From positions 9,556-73,555 of IMG/VR virus record IMGVR_UViG_3300019776_000521: a DNA stretch of 64,000 nt; one strand, written 5' to 3'. Numbering within the stretch: the stretch's first letter is position 1; every line of letters begins with the position of its first letter. The stretch is from a virus. Below are positions 58,425 through 64,000 of this stretch, one piece after another. The notes beneath the pieces are model-generated. The model did no database searches and was not told the origin of the DNA. It saw only the letters and a list, made by a program, of their open reading frames with translations. Both the position numbers and the translations under genes were made by a program.

Positions 58425-58616
58425 GAGCAACTCTTGAAGAAACGTATTTTTACTTTCCTTGTCGATATTGGCTGTTTCGCCATCTTTTGTGGCATCGGTG
58501 TGATCCTTGCATGGCGTGGTTGAAACGCTGTTGCCAAGGTTTCACTATTTGCTCACGGCACTTTGCATGCGTGCACTTGCGCTGTATACGACCTTTCCCT
58601 TTGCTTCGTCCGTTCT

Positions 58617-58638
58617 ATGGCCTCCGGCCATGGGATGG
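58617..58638 (+). promoter_or_regulatory. vRNAP-type hairpin promoter 3
   Basis: ATGGCC-TCC-GGCCAT G GGA TGG. Confidence 0.8.
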
Positions 58639-58673
58639 CAAATCCTGCCTATCTCACTTACTGGAGTCATCTC

Positions 58674-58943
58674 ATGGCCTTTCAATCGAACGCACAACCT
58701 GCAAACAATCCGTCCAACGAAACCTGGAAAGCTCAGGGCTTCCTGAACTTCTACCTGCCCGCCAAGAACGGTGCACGCAAGAAGCTCGGTGCCATTCCCC
58801 TGAAAGAGTCGCGCACCAGCGACAAGGCTCTGCTGGCCTGGCTGAACGAGGATCCTTCCCGTGTGGCTACGATCCTCAGCAAACTGGAAATCGAATTCCA
58901 GTCGGCTCTGCCTGCTGATACCTCGGGCTTCGCACTGGAGTAA
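58674..58943 (+). CDS. Drc/gp2-like ssDNA-binding cofactor of RNAP II
   Basis: KAQGFLNFYLP..NG..KKLGAIPL resembles LUZ7 Drc (from memory); early position ahead of RNAP1. Confidence 0.65.
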   Translation: MAFQSNAQPANNPSNETWKAQGFLNFYLPAKNGARKKLGAIPLKESRTSDKALLAWLNEDPSRVATILSKLEIEFQSALPADTSGFALE

Positions 58944-59043
58944 TCCTGTGCACCCTAACCACTGTCCCTTCGGGGATGGTGGTTTGTTTTTTACACATGT
59001 GGTGCATGCAGCAAACCACAGTAGAGACAGACATCCCCATGTG

Positions 59044-59064
59044 TGCCCTCCGGGCATGCGCTGG
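59044..59064 (+). promoter_or_regulatory. vRNAP-type hairpin promoter 4
   Basis: TGCCC-TCC-GGGCA TG CGC TGG. Confidence 0.8.
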
Positions 59065-59122
59065 CGCTTTTATGCGCAAGCTAAACAAACCCGTTCACAT
59101 CATCACTTACTAGGAGAAATCA

Positions 59123-59440
59123 ATGTCTACTCTCGTCAAACTGCAAGCCATGCTCATGCAACCAGTAGTCGAATACCGTCCGGGTTTGACTTTCAAACCG
59201 ATTACGCCATTGGTTAGATGTGCTGATGGTACGTCGCTGTCAGTGCAAGCCAGTGAAAGCCATTACAGCTGTCCCAGAGAGAACTACGGTCCTTATACCG
59301 AAGTTGAAGTCTGGTGCATCAGGAGCATCAACAAAGTTGAAGTACTCGAATTTGAGTACGACGACGATGAACCCTCTGCTTACGTCAACATCAATTCTGT
59401 TGTTGCGTACATAGACCGTCATGGTGGTCTTGCTCCATAA
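59123..59440 (+). CDS. Hypothetical phage protein
   Basis: CADG.SLSVQASE.HYS.PR...Y.EVEV...I.RHGG motif; AGGAG RBS. Confidence 0.75.
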   Translation: MSTLVKLQAMLMQPVVEYRPGLTFKPITPLVRCADGTSLSVQASESHYSCPRENYGPYTEVEVWCIRSINKVEVLEFEYDDDEPSAYVNINSVVAYIDRHGGLAP

Positions 59441-59457
59441 CCTTTTAGGGGACATCA

Positions 59458-60363
59458 ATGGAATCCATTCGACAGATCGTTCTCCAAGAGATGAACGAGC
59501 AGCGGTACAACCGCAAGCACATTGATACCAAGATCCGTGAAGCTATTCAAGCTCACCCGGACATGAAAGAAAAGCTCAAGCAAGGCGTAGAGCTAGTCAA
59601 GAAATACATGGCTGGCAAGTACTACGAGTCGAAGATGAAGCGGCTGGAACAGCTGCAAAACCTCGACATCGAACTGCTGGTCATGGACATCTTCATTGGC
59701 ATTGCGTATTCGCAAAAGCCTGAGCTGTTCACAGCTGTATCTGCCCAGTTGGCTGCTCGACTGAAGTTCAGCGATCGCACTGAAGCCATCACTACTGTTG
59801 CTGAAATCATGGCCTTGCTCTGTACCACAGACGCATTCGACATCATGAAAGCCGACAAGTCTGCAAGCCTGATGGTGGTGTCCCGCATACCACTGTCAGG
59901 CGGCTTGATTGCCTTTATCGACAACAGCCAGTACCTGCCACCCATGGTGTGTGAGCCGCTTGAGTTGACCCACAACTACAGCAGCGGATACCTGACCCAC
60001 AACGATTCGTTGATCCTGGGCACAAGTAATCATCACGATGGGGACATCTGTCTGGATGTTCTCAACATCATGAACAAGGTCGCTTTGAGGCTTGATACAG
60101 ACTTCCTGTGCACTGTCGAAGAAGAACCTACGTTCGACTTGGACAACCAAGAAAAGACCGATCAGTGGAACGCATTCAAACGGCAAAGCTACGAGTTCTA
60201 CAAGCTCATGGTGGACCAGGGTAACAAGTTCTATCTCACCCACAAGGTAGATAAACGTGGGCGCATCTATTCGATGGGCTACCACATCCATACCCAAGGT
60301 ACATCATTCAAGAAAGCACAACTCGAGTTTGCCAAAGAAGAACTTGTTACAGGTGTTCCATGA
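59458..60363 (+). CDS. RNA polymerase II subunit 1 (N4 gp15-like)
   Basis: YLPPMV..P, HKVDKRGRIY (DxxGR), QGT.FKKA. Confidence 0.9.
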   Translation: MESIRQIVLQEMNEQRYNRKHIDTKIREAIQAHPDMKEKLKQGVELVKKYMAGKYYESKMKRLEQLQNLDIELLVMDIFIGIAYSQKPELFTAVSAQLAARLKFSDRTEAITTVAEIMALLCTTDAFDIMKADKSASLMVVSRIPLSGGLIAFIDNSQYLPPMVCEPLELTHNYSSGYLTHNDSLILGTSNHHDGDICLDVLNIMNKVALRLDTDFLCTVEEEPTFDLDNQEKTDQWNAFKRQSYEFYKLMVDQGNKFYLTHKVDKRGRIYSMGYHIHTQGTSFKKAQLEFAKEELVTGVP

Positions 60364-60593
60364 TCAAAGCCAGGCTCTATTACAAGGGCCAGCTTTTTCA
60401 TGAATTCAACGACTATGAACCATTGGCAATACGCCAAAGGTTCGGCCTAAATGTCTACCAGTCCGGCTTTTTGTTGTTGAATGAATACAAGTACATCATC
60501 AAAGAATCAAGGTGGTTTAGATGTGATTTCACACCACTCTTGATCAATGATGTTCCCAAAGAACTTCAACTACTTGAACTACTCATCTCATAA
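60360..60593 (+). CDS. Hypothetical protein between the RNAP subunits
   Basis: ATGA overlap; D.PKE pattern. Confidence 0.65.
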   Translation: MIKARLYYKGQLFHEFNDYEPLAIRQRFGLNVYQSGFLLLNEYKYIIKESRWFRCDFTPLLINDVPKELQLLELLIS

Positions 60594-60602
60594 GGAGCCA
60601 TC

Positions 60603-61661
60603 ATGGCATTGAAACATTTCACTGGTTGGCAATGGCTTCTCATTGATGCCGCCAACCAATTCGGTCTCGACAAGCTGAACTTCGAGGAGCGCATTCACTG
60701 GACTGAGATCAACCTCAATCATCTGGAAGCTCAGGATCTCTATGAGCAGGCTGAAACCAAGCCCCTGTACCTCAAGGCAGTGCAGGCCATTCGCAAGGCC
60801 CAGCAAGGCTTGCCTACCGGCCACATGGTCGGTGTGGATGGCTGCTGCTCAGGCATCCAAGTCATGTCCGTGCTCACTGGCTGCGAAGCTGGTGCTACGG
60901 CTACTGGTCTGGTGAATCCTGACAAACGTGCAGATGCTTACTCGGCATGCACGGAAGTCATGAACACAATCCTGGGTGGTGGCCTGGTCGTATCACGATC
61001 AGAAGCCAAAGATGCCCTAATGACGACCATGTACGGCAGCAAAGCCATGCCCAAGAAGATCTTCGGTGAAGAGACGCCTGAGCTAAATGCGTTCTATCAG
61101 GCTGCTCATACCATCGCTCCTGGCGCATGGGAGCTGCTGCAGGATCTTCTGGCCAGCTGGCAACCCTACGCTCTGCATCACTCCTGGAAGATGCCTGATG
61201 GCTTCGATGCTCGCATCAAGGTCATGAAGAAAGTCGATGCACGCATTGAGGTTGACGAACTGGACCATGCCACCTTCACCTACGAGTTCTTCGAGAACGT
61301 GGGTAGCAAGACTGGCTTGGCCAATGCAGCCAACATCACCCACAGCGTGGATGCCTACATCCTTCGCTGTATGCACAGGCGCTGCAACTACGATCGTAAG
61401 ATCGCAGAACGCGCAGCCATCATGATCGAGATCGAGATGCTGCAAAGGGTGCTGGGAGCCACCAGAACCGTCTCCAGGCCCTCCGGTCAGGCTGGCTACT
61501 GCGTGGACCAGTACGAGCGCAGCACGGTCCCTGATGTGGTCATCATGCCCTTCCTCTCCGAGGAGAACCTTCAGCAGCTGTCCAGGCAGCATCTGGAAGC
61601 CCTGGCAGGAATCATCAATGGCATGCTTCAGTACCAGCCCTTTGAACTGGTGACCATCCAT
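60603..61661 (+). CDS. RNA polymerase II subunit 2 (N4 gp16-like), exon 1
   Basis: GLDK..FEERI.W, DGCCSGIQ, R...K..LMT..YGS, ANITHSVD; ends at TIH. Confidence 0.93.
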
Positions 61662-62485
61662 TAACCTCATGGTGGATGTAAAACGCATTTAATTGCTGGA
61701 ACCCTAAGTCCGAAAGGATATGGCAATCAGCAGCGAAGAATACCTAAATCCTATATCACCATGTATTGCAATACATGCAGAGAAAGGGGTTTTATGAACC
61801 AAGAAACGCAAGACTTCTTACATTTCAAAAACCACTAATTGGTATCCGTAGATTTTGCTACTGGACTCATAGTCGCCAAAGGCGGTCGATGGGGAAACCA
61901 CATCTATCACGATGTGGGTAGCAAGAATCCTGACGGATATATTCGTCTATGGTGTAACGGAAAACTACGGATGAAGCATCGTCTAATTTTCTTTCTGGCC
62001 CATGGCTTATTGCCTAAACCAAAAGAGGAAATTGATCACATCGATAAAAACAGGTCGAACAATTCTGTTAACAACCTGTGTATTGCCTCCAAAAGAGTCA
62101 ACAACATGGGAAGCAACAACAGAAAAATCGGTCGCTTTACCGTAGAAGAAGTACATACCGTGTGTCGTTTGCTACAAACAACCGACTTATCGGATGAAAA
62201 TATTGCAGAGCAAACAGGAATGTCCAGAGCAACCGTCAGAGACATTAAATGTCGGCGTTCTAGGCAAGCCATTGCTTTAGCGTATTCTTGGCCACATCGT
62301 GGGTATTAACGTTCAGAGACCATCGAAAGGCATCGCAAGATGAACCAAGTAGAGTACGCCCCAAGCGGGGTGGAAACAGTGCGGCTCGAAAGAGCATGAT
62401 ATGGTCCGATCCCGCAGGAAACTGTGAGGCAGAGAAGGTTTATCAACTTCTCGGAATAGCAATAGCGAAGCTATTTGAACATTTG
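61662..62485 (+). mobile_element. Group I self-splicing intron (824 nt)
   Basis: P1 CAUCCAU/GUGGAUG with U.G at the splice site; P AATTGCTGGAA 61691, Q AATCAGCAG 61725, R GTTCAGAGACCA 62311, S ATGATATGGTCC 62396; terminal G 62485. Confidence 0.92.
61794..62309 (+). pseudogene. Intron-encoded HNH homing endonuclease with in-frame TAA at codon 15
   Basis: DGYIR..., HRLIF, EIDHID.NRSNNSVNNL, C-terminal HTH; RBS and ATG 61794 in frame, TAA at 61836-61838. Confidence 0.7.
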
Positions 62486-62677
62486 GATGAGTTTCGCGCT
62501 CATGCGAACAACGTTAACTGGGTGCGTTACCAGTATAAAGAGATCCTGGCTGACCTGGCTGATAGCTACCTGCTTGATGACCTGTTGAGCCAGATCCATG
62601 GCACACCAGGCATCTTCAGCAAGCTCTCCAGCACGCTTGGCAGCAAGATCAGGGAAAGCAACTACGCGCTCTGCTGA
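62486..62677 (+). CDS. RNA polymerase II subunit 2, exon 2
   Basis: Starts DEF, restoring TIHDEF; ends IRESNYALC; spliced product 416 aa. Confidence 0.9.
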   Translation, partial: DEFRAHANNVNWVRYQYKEILADLADSYLLDDLLSQIHGTPGIFSKLSSTLGSKIRESNYALC

Positions 62678-62723
62678 TCGATGTAGAAGCATTGCGCCAT
62701 CCTGGCGCTTGGTGAATTGGACC

Positions 62724-62763
62724 AGTGGACTTATCCGAAAGGGTAAGTCCACTTTTTTTTTTT
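62724..62763 (+). terminator. Rho-independent terminator
   Basis: AGTGGACTTATCC-GAAA-GGGTAAGTCCACT followed by a T run. Confidence 0.9.
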
Positions 62764-63050
62764 ATCTCACCACATTGCCAAATGACACCAATGAACGACG
62801 AAATCAGATTTCAGATGTTCCTAGCCAAGTTGTTTGGCAGGAAAGGTAAGTTTGTAGATTCAGGGTTTGAAGTGACAGTCTACGTATGGCGTGGCATTGC
62901 TTACGTCATCGATGTCGTAGAGCTTCCCAAGAAGATGTAGAGAAGTTCTTCAATACTTCTCTCAAAGTCTCGACCGATATACTAATTGGTCCAAATTTTT
63001 TATTTTGACTATGTAGAGCCTATAGGCTAACTACACAAAGAAAGCATCAA

Positions 63051-63266
63051 ATGAGTACACAACAAGAAGCCTTGCGACTGGCTGAAGTTTTGATGCACTT
63101 GCCTGCGGCAGACGCAAAAGGCCACGCATATCAAAGCAAAGCCGCCGCCGAACTGCGCCGGTTGCACCACAACAACCTAGTTCTGACAGACGCACTTTGG
63201 AAAGCCTGCGGAGACGACGAAGAAGTGGTCAACGCAACTATCGAGTCACAAGGAGAACTGAAATGA
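63051..63266 (+). CDS. Hypothetical protein
   Basis: EALRLA...AAAELRRLH motif common in small phage proteins. Confidence 0.7.
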   Translation: MSTQQEALRLAEVLMHLPAADAKGHAYQSKAAAELRRLHHNNLVLTDALWKACGDDEEVVNATIESQGELK

Positions 63267-63394
63267 CTGACGAAGACAAAGACCGCGAAGCGTGGTCAGA
63301 GTTCACCACCAACCTAATTCAAGCCGCTGCGCTTGTGGCGGTGTGTGCTGTAGGTGGGCTTGTGGCGGGCTTGATTGTGGGGGTGATGAAATGA
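63263..63394 (+). CDS. Small membrane protein
   Basis: AGGAG RBS, ATGA overlaps, one TM segment. Confidence 0.55.
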   Translation: MTDEDKDREAWSEFTTNLIQAAALVAVCAVGGLVAGLIVGVMK

Positions 63395-63705
63395 CTGACC
63401 TAAAGATTTCCAAAGCCCTCGCGCTGGCGATTGGCTACAAGCCCAGAGACGTAGGGTGGCACTCCGATATGCGGGAAATTGTTGTGCGCCGTGAAAATAG
63501 TTCTGACAAATACAACTGGCGCGTCTTCGACTACCGCGACTGGAACGTGATCGGACCGATTGCGGAGCGGTATGACGTGTTTCCTTACAAACTCATCATT
63601 GGAGAAAAGAGCGGGTATTGGAATGCTATTTCTCGGGGCAAAGACACGATTGCAGACACCCCACAGAAAGCCATTGCACTGGCAGTGATTGGGGCAAAGA
63701 AATGA
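63391..63705 (+). CDS. NinX/DUF2591-like protein
   Basis: FDY.DW.VIGPI.ERY...DTP.KAIA; ATGA-coupled. Confidence 0.6.
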   Translation: MTDLKISKALALAIGYKPRDVGWHSDMREIVVRRENSSDKYNWRVFDYRDWNVIGPIAERYDVFPYKLIIGEKSGYWNAISRGKDTIADTPQKAIALAVIGAKK

Positions 63706-64000
63706 GCCGCCTGTTATTTGCCGCCGCGAGAGGGGCGAGGATTCAGGCCTATCCCCACCTCGGTGGTGGATTCCAGTGGGCTGAAATTACTCGTATTCCT
63801 TTGCCTACCCCTGAGTATTACCGCATCCACCCCAAGGACGCTCACTTGGCCTATGGCCCCATCAGCACGGCGCTGAGGGAAGCCGCAACACAAGAGATTG
63901 ATTACCTTCAAGACGCAACAGACGTATACGGTGGTGCTGTGATTAAGGACTACGAAAACTATGGTGAACTCGGCTACTGCTGGGATCGGGCGCGCAACTC
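63702..64000 (+). CDS. Hypothetical protein (3' truncated by window)
   Basis: ATGA overlap; frame open to the window end. Confidence 0.55.
   Translation, partial: MSRLLFAAARGARIQAYPHLGGGFQWAEITRIPLPTPEYYRIHPKDAHLAYGPISTALREAATQEIDYLQDATDVYGGAVIKDYENYGELGYCWDRARN

Noticed and set aside
61836-61838. In-frame stop as evidence of genetic-code reassignment
   Set aside because: TAA ends many genes normally here, no other genes are fragmented, and no suppressor tRNA is present.
62288-62485. 5' part of the listed 129-aa ORF as a separate gene or frameshift product
   Set aside because: It is intron core (R/S elements); only 62486-62677 is coding.

Overview
The whole window is phage DNA: most of the genome of an N4-like phage (Schitoviridae). 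The diagnostic genes are a ~3,400-aa virion RNA polymerase, a split two-subunit RNAP II, and N4-type primase, SSB, capsid, portal and terminase. The host is probably a betaproteobacterium (inference). Order: end of DNA polymerase; excisionase-like gene, tyrosine integrase, intact attP-like site and tRNA-Arg(ACG); reverse-strand lysis and tail-fibre module that includes a fatty-acid desaturase; thyX/nrdJ/replication genes; H-NS and a structured non-coding region; vRNAP and virion genes; terminase; probable genome-end junction; early region with four hairpin promoters; RNAP1; RNAP2 split by a group I intron. Most notable: (1) an attP-like core matching a tRNA-Arg(ACG) anticodon arm with a full replacement tRNA 83 bp downstream, suggesting tRNA-compensated lysogeny in a mostly lytic family, although the integrase lacks its first catalytic Arg; (2) a putative ejection protein fused to an intact staphylococcal-nuclease domain; (3) a group I intron in the catalytic H|D motif of RNAP2; (4) a desaturase in the tail-fibre/lysis operon; (5) two unexplained structured RNAs. 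All family assignments come from motif recognition by eye; no database searches were run.
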